This document shows positions 39,959 through 51,600 of a DNA stretch of 64,000 nucleotides, one piece after another. The position numbers and the translations under genes are program-made. The stretch lies in contig NMRA01000576.1 of NCBI GenBank assembly GCA_002633005.1, positions 203,607 to 267,606 on the forward strand. Direction: 5' to 3'. Position 1 is the stretch's first letter. Every line of letters starts with the position of its first letter. The notes under the pieces were generated by a model. It was not told the DNA's origin and did not search any database. It saw nothing but the letters and a program-made list of their open reading frames with translations. Origin of the DNA: Phoronis australis. Its lineage: Eukaryota > Animalia > Phoronida.

Positions 39959-40000
39959 CACGACGTTTCGGTCGGTATATTCTCCGGCCATCGTCAGGTG
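39959..40000 (-). ncRNA. Minimal type I hammerhead ribozyme (Penelope-like pLTR type)
   Basis: CAC-CUGACGA-U-GGCCGG-AGAAUAUA-CCGACC-GAAA-C-GUC^GUG: complete core, stem I CAC/GUG, stem II with one mismatch, palindromic ACGU mini stem III; predicted cut between 39962 and 39961. Confidence 0.8.
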
Positions 40001-40059
40001 TTCCCGCGTTCTTAGAAGAACGAGCACGCATAATTGGTACACTGATGGTGTGAGTTTTT

Positions 40060-40140
40060 TGTCCGAGGTAGGATTTGTACCCACGACTTCTAAAACTACA
40101 AATAATTTGAGTCCAGCACCTTAACCATTACCCCAGGGAG
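40060..40140 (-). pseudogene. tRNA-Leu(CAA)-derived pseudogene or SINE head
   Basis: ggtaatggttaaggtgctggacTCAAatt...gtcgtgggtacaaatcctacctcggaca resembles tRNA-Leu-CAA (D-loop/A box, CAA anticodon, long variable arm, degenerate T-loop/B box); acceptor and anticodon stems decayed. Confidence 0.65.
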
Positions 40141-40337
40141 TCATCAATTAACTTAAAGGGAAATTTATTATGCATAAACCTCCCTAAGTAGACTAAGCCA
40201 GGTGTCACTTGGTTGTTTGCTTGGCTAATTGAAGATATTGCCTTGTACTTTCGTGACGTTTCTTTTGGTCCAACCTGTTTCACTGTCAAATATTCGAATG
40301 TTATTCCACAGGATATTGTGTTTTTTGGAGAAGAGAA

Positions 40338-40439
40338 TTTGCTGAATATAAGAGGTGTTGTACAGAGGGTAATACGTCATCAAGAGTAGCAGAACACATG
40401 TGGGCGAAACAACACCATATCCAGTGGAATAATATTCTC
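40338..40439 (+). mobile_element. Penelope-like element GIY-YIG endonuclease C-terminal fragment
   Basis: FAEYKRCCTEGNTSSRVAEHMWAKQHHIQWNNIL matches the PLE pattern EH.R.....D..S.lAEH.w...H.IdW.n..IL. Confidence 0.65.
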
Positions 40440-41718
40440 ACTGGCGTATTTAGTGAACAACAAACTGCCCATCTCACTGTGTGTAGAACTGGGCATGTAT
40501 TTACATCGTTGCAGGGCTCGTTCGAAGCTCTGGGCTGCAGACAACACCAGAAATGGGCGAAACATTGATAGTCCCTGGGATTGTACGCACTCGGTTTGGA
40601 TGCACTGGTGACGCTTATTGAAGTACATCAGTTACTGACATTTTCCGATTCAAATCACACTTCCCTGACGGGGCATTGCAGGAAATCAGCAGTAACAGTA
40701 CGGCAACCATCCTCGGGCGTTTTTTGCTAGAACCTCAATAAAATCCCGACCTAATGTATGCATCATTCCGACCACAGAAAATGCTTGACACACGCTCGTC
40801 AATTCTCCACTGCTTTGAACGTTGCGTGGACGGTAAGGTTGTGTTCTTCACCCAAACAAACCAAGTACAAAAGAGTGCATGCGGTTGAGAGGATAAAGAG
40901 TAAACCCTGATACGCAGAAACCGTAAGGTATGCTGTTTGATTCGTAACCAAACGCAACCGACATCTAGACTTCATATACCACAACCAAAGTAAAATAATT
41001 ACTGAGTCGCAAACTCACACAGTCAGACTATATGAAAACAATATGACTGGAAATTTTCAACCCCTTACATGCCACTACTGGTGAAAAGGACGACTAATTA
41101 ATCAAATTATGGGAGGTAGTTATTAACTAAAAAATTTCTGGGTCAATCAACGAACCGTATTCTTGGCCAAATTAGAAGATATTCAACAGCTATGATAGAG
41201 TTCGAAATGTTAACGGCGTTTCAACGTTAATCAAAAATCACCCTCAGGTACCATAGTAGAAAGCAAACATAATGTCGTAACAGACATAGACTAATATTGA
41301 AACGTCACTCTCAACATGCATGCACCATGGCTAAAAAACTTATACACAAAAGTGGACCAATGCAACATTTTGGGCAAAATACTCATGATGCCCTAACTTA
41401 AAAATAATGGTCCATACACTTTTAGATGACTATTTTGAACATATACCAGCAAGTACAGTGTGTACTTCAAACACATTTTTTCAAGATCTGTTTCGGTGAC
41501 CATATAGTTGACCTTTGGTGCTCTCATGAAATGACAGTTAGGTCGTTGATTGTTTCGATGTTGGTAAACTGGAAAATATAGTCGCTCTAGAGGATATTGC
41601 AAGACAATTTTCTCATCGAAATGGTGTTAGCAGACTATTGTTTTTGGCAGATGAACTGGCCGTGGGAAATGCCGCTCTTACTGACCGACACCAAACGTGA
41701 ATTTACGCTGACACTTAC

Positions 41719-41763
41719 CTGTGCTTGCTAGTGCCAATATAGCGGTTGTTAGCAAACGATGTC
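41719..41763 (-). CDS. Probable signal-peptide exon of WSC gene B (15 codons, phase 1-1)
   Basis: tttttttgaattacag|GA CAT CGT TTG CTA ACA ACC GCT ATA TTG GCA CTA GCA AGC ACA G|gtaagt = HRLLTTAILALAST; phase matches WSC exon 1; start Met exon not found. Confidence 0.55.
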
Positions 41764-42419
41764 CTGTAATTCAAAAAAATATCACGAGTCTTATACATGT
41801 ACATGTACATAATATCGCTGTCTTTAGTTATACATATCTGTCACTATCTAATTCCCATTTGTGTAGCTTTCACTTAACATAACGTTCAAGCGTCTCTGAT
41901 AGCCTGTTATCCTTCTTTTTCTATAATACATGTACTTACTTGACAAAATTATATTAAAAATTTGCTGAATTGGCTCGAAGTTTAAGAAAGGTTTAAGAAA
42001 TACATGCTAGTCTTTTATACAAGTTGATTGATTTGACAAAAGCTCATTCATATGAGAAAGTACTTGTGCATGGTGTATGATGATACACTTTTCAAAGATG
42101 CAGAAAAAAATGTGTCAAATCTAAGAATTTAAGATGATGAATATTGCAATGGTAATTTTAAAATCAAGCAATCAAGCTGCTACGGATACAAAATTTGTTG
42201 TCATCTACAACATTCTTGCTAGATTACACATTGATAAAATTCACCTTTAGGTTCACACAGCTTTTCACAGAACTTTTGGTTACCGACATGACATTATGAA
42301 TTTTATTCTTAAATTGTAACCTAAAGCACGAAGTTTTTACAATAGCCTGTAGCTGCATGGAATTACTTTTGGAAAATATCAGAGAAAATAAAACGAAGAA
42401 TTTATTGATAGTGAGCCAC

Positions 42420-43020
42420 CCAAAATCAGCAATTTTAGGTCTGATGGTAAAGTCATGCTGGCAGCAAGCAACCATGCTCAAATAACTTATAATGGGCCAC
42501 TTGAAGACTAGGAGGTTACCAGGGTAAAATATGCACTGTTGGCATGCTAACTAGGTATTTCAACACCTAACATCAGCAATTTCAGGCTCAATTAAAAATT
42601 TGTTTTCGAAACAGGTAACCATGTTTATAATGGCTCTAGTGTTTCATCCTTAAGATTTTGGGATGGTACCATAGCGAAATTTGCATCGTTGCCATGGTAA
42701 CCAGGTATTGAGCAGTAATGAGTATAAGCTCTATTTGAGATTTGACAGAAAAACCCATGTTAGTTGCTGGTAACCAGTGCCTAGAGTACTAAACTGTTCA
42801 CTGTCTCCTAGAAGGAAGGGGTTCCCAAGCATTCAGTATTGGCATGGTAACTCAGTAATTTTACGTAATTTGACTGGCAACCAATTTCAGGTTGAGAAAC
42901 AGGAAAAAATCAGATTTCTGATAATGCACTACCTCACTTAAAAAGTTGAGGTTTTCAAGAATTAATCACAACATGGTACACACAATTTTGATAATACAAA
43001 AAGTGTTACCATGGCTACTA
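42420..43020. repeat. Degenerate ~150-bp tandem repeat carrying X-box-like (GTTRCCATGGYAAC) motifs
   Basis: atcagcaattt(t/c)agg at ~42425 and ~42572; gttggcatgctaac 42538, gttgccatggtaac 42688, attggcatggtaac 42838; extra gttaccatggctac 43005. Confidence 0.6.
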
Positions 43021-43998
43021 ACATAAAACGAAGAAAAGTTAACAGCGGAGTAGTTGAAAGAAGCATAAACAGGTATCCCGTGAGAATCCTGTATGCAAAA
43101 TGAAATTAAATTTATCATTGATAATGCACCAACCACTCTGGTAGTTTATTTATCATCAGATTTTCCCACTGTACTGCAGCATTGATCTCCACACGATCAA
43201 ACTGAAACATTTACTTAACTCTGATAAATGTTGACACGTCAGGGATTTCTCTCCGCAACTGTGGGCAATTTCAGTTGGACTGTCCAGTTAATTTACAACA
43301 ACGACATGGAAATATTCTGGTTACTGAAACTAACTCTGGTGGCTTATCTACATTTAAAGAATCCCGTTGTTTGGAAGAGAAAGTCGATATTCTCAATAAC
43401 TATTCAAGTAAATACAATGTAGAAAATTATATCATCCTGCTTCAATCTGTCAATTCATTTATTTATAATAGTCTGCTAATGTATTAATGTGTTGTTAGTT
43501 AATGCAACTGTTCACTTTTCTCTTTTCTCTTTTTGTTGTGGGTAATTCTGTGAAGAGGTCTAATTAGAAAATTAAAATTGTGTTTAGATTAATATTTCTG
43601 ATGTCATCTGAAAACCCACTCTCTCTTATTACAGAGTTCATTTTGCATTTTCTTTGGCTTTCGATTTTTTTCCTAAACTGACCCATTTCTGGATAACACT
43701 TGAACCAAAAAAATTCCACGTGTTTCTGGAGTCGCTGATTACTGTCATAACTATGCTAATTCTGGGCATTTCGCCATGTTATCAAATGTTTGCAATCACA
43801 CGAAGCAACAACTTTTTAAAAAATATAATTTGACCCGTATCGCATCGTCGACCTCCTTAGGTCAAACGTCTACTCCTGGATGTCATGGTGCCGTACATCC
43901 GTCAATAACAGCTTAAAGTTTCATAACGTCAAATTCTTTCAATAAAAATTGAAATAATTTCAGGCTCTCCTTTAACTTATTTCCCAATGATATGGTCC

Positions 43999-44890
43999 AA
44001 ATTATTAGACCGGGGATTATTCAGAAATCGCGTAAAGGACGTACGGGAAAAGTCTACGTCTGGAATTACAATTTTTAGCCAATAAAAATAATCCAAGGTT
44101 TTAATTTCTCTTGCCAAACTTGCAGAAGACGAAATTAGTCTGATACATAAGAACCTAAAATAATTAAATATTACAAAAACAGCCGTAAAACCAAACACAT
44201 GCATGTATGTTGCTCTTGACTTAAACTAGATGCATTGGACATTTTCAATTTCAAAAGTGTTTTGTGAGATGTTATGCCTTATTTTGTCATCTAGTTCTGC
44301 TAAAAGGTTTCAACTTGTAAAGGTTAGAGAGTGGAACGACATCAGTGAATGTAAATAAAACAGCATATTGATGCAAGGTTTTAGTGCCCCATGTTTGTAA
44401 AGAAATCCTTACTTTTACAAAACGTTTGACTGAGGCAAAAAGTATTCATATCAGATTATCACGAGTGTTCTGCAGTTTAAATAACAAGAAACCGAAAGGG
44501 ATGTGTGTCCAGTTGTTATTCTGCTGTTATTTTCGCTATGATTCGCTATGTTTTTTGTTGGTGAAAAAGCCAATGCTGGCCATTTTAATTTGTAGCAATC
44601 AGTGAGCTGATATATTTGTCACACCTCCAGTGACTGTAAAAGCTCTCATGTTATTTCACTGTATTGGGTGGTTCGTATTAAATTATTTCATATCGTTTGC
44701 TTTTGCATACAGTACACATCCCGAATTTTCGAAAAACGCGAACCTTGATCTCGCATTTTCAGAAAGATGAACTCTTGTTCTACTAATATTCGAAGATATT
44801 GAACCATCATTTAGAAAAATGGGACTTGTTGGGGACCAAAGGGAACTAGGAGAGGAAACAATATCGGCTGGAACGTTCTCTGAAACTCGA
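43999..44890 (+). pseudogene. Possible Toll-like receptor relic (LRR...TIR)
   Basis: LRR-like GLFRN...IFSQ*K*SKVL...EISLI..NLK*LNIT; TIR-like FRYDS (~44531), ISFAFAYS..PEF, LVLLIFEDIEP (~44774-44806); multiple stops. Confidence 0.35.
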
Positions 44891-45129
44891 ATGAAGGCCA
44901 TAATGGATCAGTAAATTATTAACTGTATTTGCATGAAAGGTAAAGAGACCTTAATTTAATGGATCCTTTAAAATTAAAAAGAAGACATTGCTGAATTAAA
45001 ATGTCAAATTATCCATTTCCATTAACATACACGTGCTTTGACTTGTGGTTGGAAAAGCTTGTTTTATACATCTTTCAACTTCTTTAAATTCGGTTAGTAG
45101 AGCTCATATATCCGATTTGCAGGTGGTAT

Positions 45130-45600
45130 TCAAGGATCCGTCAGTTAAGAAAAGCGATAGAGGATAACTGGCCAGTTCATTTGCTATACCCATGTTAAGA
45201 ATTTCGGGACAACGAGCAGTCAATTAGCATTTCACTCCTGGATAATGGGGGATGTTTTGGGACAAACATATTAGTTACCCATCATTTTGTTGAAAGTAGT
45301 CAGTTACAGTGTCCTCACAGATTCCTTAAAGTGTTATTTAAATGATTTAAAGCACTACTGAAGCAGTCTGGACAAAAAGTGTCATAGATGCAGCTACAGG
45401 CAAAGTCAAAAAAGTCAGCAAAGCAGCTGACTCCAGATTGAGAGGGCAGAAGCGAGTTGGGAAACTTCAATCAAGTCACACGAAATTAGCATTGCAGGCT
45501 TCAAATTCAAACTGGAACAATCCCTAGGGTGTCTAGTAATTCTACACCATCCGCGAGGGCTCTAGACGAAGAGGTAAGGATTGAAAACATGAAATAATCT
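45130..45600 (+). mobile_element. Possible Crypton (tyrosine recombinase) relic
   Basis: Across frameshifts LDKK...TGKVKK..AKQLTPD*E...ELG loosely matches the Crypton LD.kmk....G....ka..lT.eeE..lw..g.LG pattern. Confidence 0.25.
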
Positions 45601-48600
45601 ATGTCACATACTGAACGATAGACCTTGCAACGAATCGATCTACGTCCCTGCATTCGCCACGGCTTTGTAAATACTTTCTGTGTCAGAGTCCCGGAGTCGT
45701 AGGTCGTAACGTTTTAAGAAACGCCGAGTAATTCTAGTTAAAATATTGTTTTTACAAACCAAACAAAGTAGATATTGAGTCTATATGAGCAAGTAGTCTG
45801 GATTACAAAATACATCATGATGCTAACTTTCCACCTTCAAGATATCGTCTGCTAAATTAGATTACCAATTGTTACTCAGTGTAAGGGTCAAGTCAAAGTA
45901 TCCCGACGACATGTTACCCTCATATAAACTGGAAATTGAGGATTTACAGGTAAAACTATATAACCGATCATTTTCGCTGAATTAAAGATGTTGTTTAATT
46001 GAATTTCCGCGTCAATTTTTCACAGTGTATATATGTCTGTAGATTGACGTTTGTTGAACATGCAATCACTGCGCGTCCTCGTTTAAAGACATTTCTACGT
46101 AAGATTATATCAGCTGCTAAATTACGCGCCGGTTAAATTGACGGCTCGAAAGGTTTACTGTACACTACTGATTCTAAAAAACGTAATATACTATGGAGAG
46201 TTTGCTAATTAACATTGCAAATTACCCTCAGGAACATTTTCCATCAAGTGGCCTTGGTTTCCAGTCCTTCATCAAACTTGCCCAATCACAAAAACAACGC
46301 CGGCATCTAGAGAGGCGTTCTGCATCCATTACTTTGTGTAGTCAAACATTAATAGTAATGTCCAATTAACCCAAGAAAAGAGGTGTTAAATGTAACACTT
46401 TATCGTTAAAATATATATCTACCTTTAACCTCGGTCTGCTTCAAGTTTAGTCAAATTTTCATAACAAATTTTTTGATTACAGGTTGTATTAAATGAATAA
46501 AACCGTTATAATCAAAGTGAAATTTGGCGACAATAATTTAAAATATATTACACAGAAACAGCCAATCATGCGTTAGGTTCGTCTGCTCACCGGCCGTTCA
46601 ATTAAAATACAAGTTTCTCAGTGCCGTTTTATTCCTACGCGTATTGGCCAAACAGGAAGAAATTACTACTCAGCGTAGAAATGGGAGTTAGTTCATAGGT
46701 GTGTAGTAAAAATGTGAACTCGACGTCACATCATCTGCTTATAAATCACAGATACATAACACCTGTGGTTATCAACATTTACGCAATTATTTTGACAACT
46801 AAAATACATTGGTAAGCCACTCCGTAAAGTTTATGCAATGTAACTCATTGATGTCCCTTCAGCCAAGTAGAGTACGTATAGGATCGATTCCGTCCTTAAT
46901 TCCCACTCTTATCACGATACCACGAATAAGTGGGCCAAACAATTTCTGAATGACGGATAACTCCAAGTATTGTTAGAGGACTAAAAATATACTTGAATTC
47001 AATTCAGTATTGTAAATTAGGTTTTTGCTTTTTCGCTATAGTTTTCATGACATTACACAAAACAATATTTGTGAGTGCCGTAACACTCTTGCGTTAGTAG
47101 TCTGTATTCGCCATCTGTTGGTGGTTTCTCTCTTTTTTTCTCCAGCTTCTATCGCGTATATTTTTCTCGTAAATTTAGCACATGTAAGATGGTTTGGCAG
47201 ACCGTAGTTTGTAGCTGTAACGCGCACCAATTTATCTGATTCTACTTCAACGTCCTTACATGTACCTTGAGTTTAGTACGGTATATTCTGTGTTTAGTCG
47301 TGATTTATGCCGCAAATTGGTGCAAGTATTTTGTAACTAGTTTTGCTGTATAGTCAGAACTTCAACGTAATTGCACATGTAACTTTAACTAGCGTTGCCG
47401 CAAGTAGTTTGAGGTTTTCCGAATAAGCACATATTCAAGGTTTAATATTAGTATTTTAACTGTGTAAACGACCAACGTATTGTTCAATTGTCTTACGGAA
47501 CGTTTTTGTATCTTACAGTTGAACCGAGCAGCTGCCAGTAAGAAACAAATAAAGTTTTCAACTGAACTCATGCTCGTGTTATACATTGTGGCTCTAACGA
47601 TTGTCGCGACCACATTGAAAAGTCACTATTTATCCATTTAGAAAACTTCATGGCCACTGCATAGGTAAATTGGATTAGCTGAAAAATAAGCCTGAAGGTG
47701 TTGGTAGAGTCCCATGCCCTTCAAACTGAATGATGGAATGATTTTTATTTATGTGGGAAATGATGATTCGTATTGAATAGCAGTTAATGGTGTTACGATT
47801 TTACGGAAATGGTGATTTTTGATTAAGAAACAAGTTGGTTTGAAAGAGGCTTCAAGGATGCTGTCTTTATTATAGCGTAAAATCTGCCTCTAAATCTGAA
47901 CACAGGTGGTTAATTTGCGTTGTAGTGTTGCACGGAACACCAATTTCTCTCAAAACCGGTCTGAACATTCTAGGTGTTTAAGTACATGTACTTGACCAGT
48001 CCTGTCGTAGTTACAAAAAAAATGTCATTCGAACTACTGTATTTTACGTGAAAATAGCATTAGGTGTCAATTGATGCTGATATTATGATAATCGTTTAAA
48101 ACCGGAGATATTTACGTGGATATTTTGAATGCACGACAATGTGGAATTCATACACAAATTGTAACGAGAGTGGCGTAGATGAGGTTATATCGCACGAGAC
48201 TATATTCCGCGTATCGCCGAGACCATGGGTTGAATTTATTTCATTTTTTCGGCCGATTTTTAAATACTTCACCCTGATTGTTCCCGTGGCGGATCACATC
48301 ATATATGTATATGAATGCATTCGCCCGTTAGTTTACAACTTTCCATCAGAAATAGAAAACGTTTTAAATGAAACGAGATCTCAATTGAAAAGAGATAACA
48401 ACGATGAAAACAACGGCAATCGTGCATTGAACTTGTAACATTTTCTGAAAATTGTTAAATAACAACAATATTCGATATTGCAGTTACCGGGAAACTGGCA
48501 ACTGAGTTGCAAACGATAAAATATTTACAGATAAAAAACTAAGACAGAAGTGTCAAATAATTAACATTTTTGTACTAGGTGTTGCCTTTGGGAGCCTATC

Positions 48601-51600
48601 GCATGCCGAGCGTTATTTAAACTGCTTCAAAGGTAATATTTTAACCCTTTTTTGAAAGCTTGATGATCAAACTGGCTAACGTAGTTCGATTCAACATTAA
48701 CCTACTTTTTAAATTCTCGATTTCAGTGGTGACTGTGGAAGTAGTGTGGGAGGTAAGTACGGGATACAATGTCACATGGCAGTATCGCGCATGAGATCAT
48801 TCGTAAAATACAGAAATGAGACTAAAAATCAAAAAAAAAACGCTTGGAAAACTCTTCAAGGACATGTAATTGCACGGCCCAACCTCAGCTTCGCATGACC
48901 AAAGTTGGCATTGCATTCCTAGAATTTTATGGTAAAATATAGCAGAATATATGGTGCATTCATAGTACTCAAGACAAAAATAACATGTCAAATTTCATTT
49001 GGTGTATGTGTTAGAAATGCACTGCCTTAAAGGACTGAATGTATAATTTCAAGCATTTACCACAGCCAAAGTTTGTAAAATTTCAGATTGAATACTTTCA
49101 TTTTCAATTCAGGTCAAATGCACGTGCAGTCTTGGAAAATCTTCCCTGTACTTTAGAACTGAATTGGGGTTGTAATGAACTTCGATCTGAAGTGAATTTT
49201 CCCTATTTCTGTTCTTATGAAAGCTGGTTATGTAACTGAATATTCAGAAATAAACGTGAAGCAGCAATAGTTCTGCACAAAATTATTTTAACACGTCTCG
49301 TGTTACGTGGATCTTTACATCAAAATCTGCAGAAAAGGAGGCACGACACCAAGTTCACTGTGTCTTTAATCAAAATTGGTCAATTTGCAGTAAATAATAT
49401 CTTCATGGTATGAACTCAGCAATACATGTAAATCAGCCTGACAATTCTTACCTTCGGTAAATCCAATGTCCCGAATGTATAAAACTTTTACATCTTTGCT
49501 TAAAGATAATCAAGAAAAAACGACATGAAGAGGCCAACTAAATCGCCGGTAACTTTAGTTTTGAAGATTGACAATGCCATCCAATTAATACACATCGATT
49601 TAAATACACCCCAAAAGTCCAATGATTCATTAGATGTTCACTAACCCGTCAAGAGAAAGGGAGAGATGCGGAAGTGAGGAAGATGGAGCAGTTGTATTCC
49701 GACGTCGTCTAATACATCTAATACCCTAGTGTGCTGCAGAAAAGCTTATCATGATCTCATTTTTTCAGCGTCTATTTCATGCTAAGAACCTAAAAATTGA
49801 AGTGCTCTTGTAACATGGGTGTGATTTAGCCAGCAATATTATTACCTGAATTGTAGATCTGCGCGTGCATGGACTTCATCTCCTCTGTCTGCTGCTTCAC
49901 AGTGATACGTATGTGCTCGTGCCTACTGGTAGAAAGCAGATCATTTATATCGTTGTAACACCTGGGTTACTGAGTTATTGTCCCCGCCTCCTGTCCCTGA
50001 ATCTGTCACGGCCACCAATAAATAACTACCAAAACGTTGCAACGGCTGTATTTTCCAATAGCTAACTCATTCATTATCTGACGCTAACAAGGCATCTACC
50101 AGAATACCGTATAATTGATTTTGAACAGCTTACATTTAGATGAATATCTAGTTAAATGGAATTCCAAGTCATGCAACCTAGCCATGTGGGCTTTTCCATT
50201 CATTTCGATGTTCCAAACTAAAATTGCAGTTTATAGAATTTCTGACAAATGATTGTCACTAGTAGACTGGCACCTGTGTTGATTATTTATGGTTAAGAAA
50301 GTTGAAAATTTTGTGGTTTAGTTACTTTTACTGAAACGAAAAGTATTGGGGAAAATGCTAGCACTTGGAGGCAGTACTGGCATAAGATTTTCGACCATTG
50401 TTCAAAAAGTCAAGGAATTGCCGTTTTAAACTGTTCGTTCAATTGAACACAAGATAAATGATGTCGATACTTTGAAAATACCATTTCTTATGTGAAATTA
50501 TTAGTATTAATTAGCCGTAGCTTCTGGTAATTTTGGGGGATTTTTTACAATTGATAAATCTTGATACAACTCCGGTTGGTCACTGTTGTTTTCTCTTTTG
50601 GATCACCCGCACACTATGACCGTTCTTGCTATGACCCCATACCTCACATTTTGTATTGCTACGGGTACATGTACACGTATACAGTACCACTTATGTGTAC
50701 ATGTACATGTACCCGTTCATTTAGATATTATCATCGGCGTCATCTAAGGTATCTGCCATCCATTGCGTTTATTTTTTGTTGATTCATCTGTGGGTCACCC
50801 TCCTCCGCTGCATTTGTGTGTTGATAAATGATATAAAACCAGATTTAAGTCAGTCTTAGTGTCATCAAACAACACCAGCAAAGGATATCATCTTAATGTT
50901 TTTGTACGTTTTGAAGCAAATTCATGAAAAGCTCACATAAGCAACCTCAGAAAAAACGTCTAGTCCTAATTGGACCCATTTTCATGACTTCCCCGGGTAC
51001 TGAGATCCAGTTACACGTAGGTATTACTAAGTCACGGGCAGCGGAGCAGAGAAATAAGTGGGGGCTACTGCCAACCAGTTCCCTATCAGCTCTGCCGTTC
51101 ATACCCATGGTCAGCGCAGTACTGAAATAAGTAGGCGTTTATAGCTGCCGGCGGAGCCCATTATGGTGTGTCGCACATGATAGTCTACGCAAGCATGCCA
51201 ACCGGAAGCAAACAATTGTAAACATTGATCTATGAGCAGGGGTGTATCATTCATGCGACTATGCCTTGTCACTGAGGCACTCTCTTATCAAAGCATTTAA
51301 TATACAGATTATGGTAATGTCCCCAGTTCCTGATCATCGTATCATTGTCAAAAAGATGTTCCCATGGATGATACATGCTATTTAATAGTGCACCTGAAGA
51401 GTCTAGGGGGTTCTTCCTAACGTGTTGACGTTCTCTCAATTCGCAGGTTTCAACCCAAGTAACTAATTTTATGTGATAATGTCTAAGGTTAGAGCCTGCG
51501 TAAGAGAAAACGCCTTAGAGGAAAGACGTTTTTTTTCATTTCACCTTTAGTAAAAATACGGTTCGTTGATTATCCCAGACATATTTTTCAGTTAATAGTA

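Noticed and set aside
43060-43370. NHL/TRIM beta-propeller-like fragment (GNILVTETNSG)
   Set aside because: Single weak motif in broken frames
49452-49498. Possible upstream exon of gene B (aag|...GAAG|gtaag on -)
   Set aside because: Good splice signals but no in-frame Met or homology; cannot be linked without transcripts
51390-51425. cacCTGAAGA hammerhead-like start
   Set aside because: Lacks GAAA and stem III
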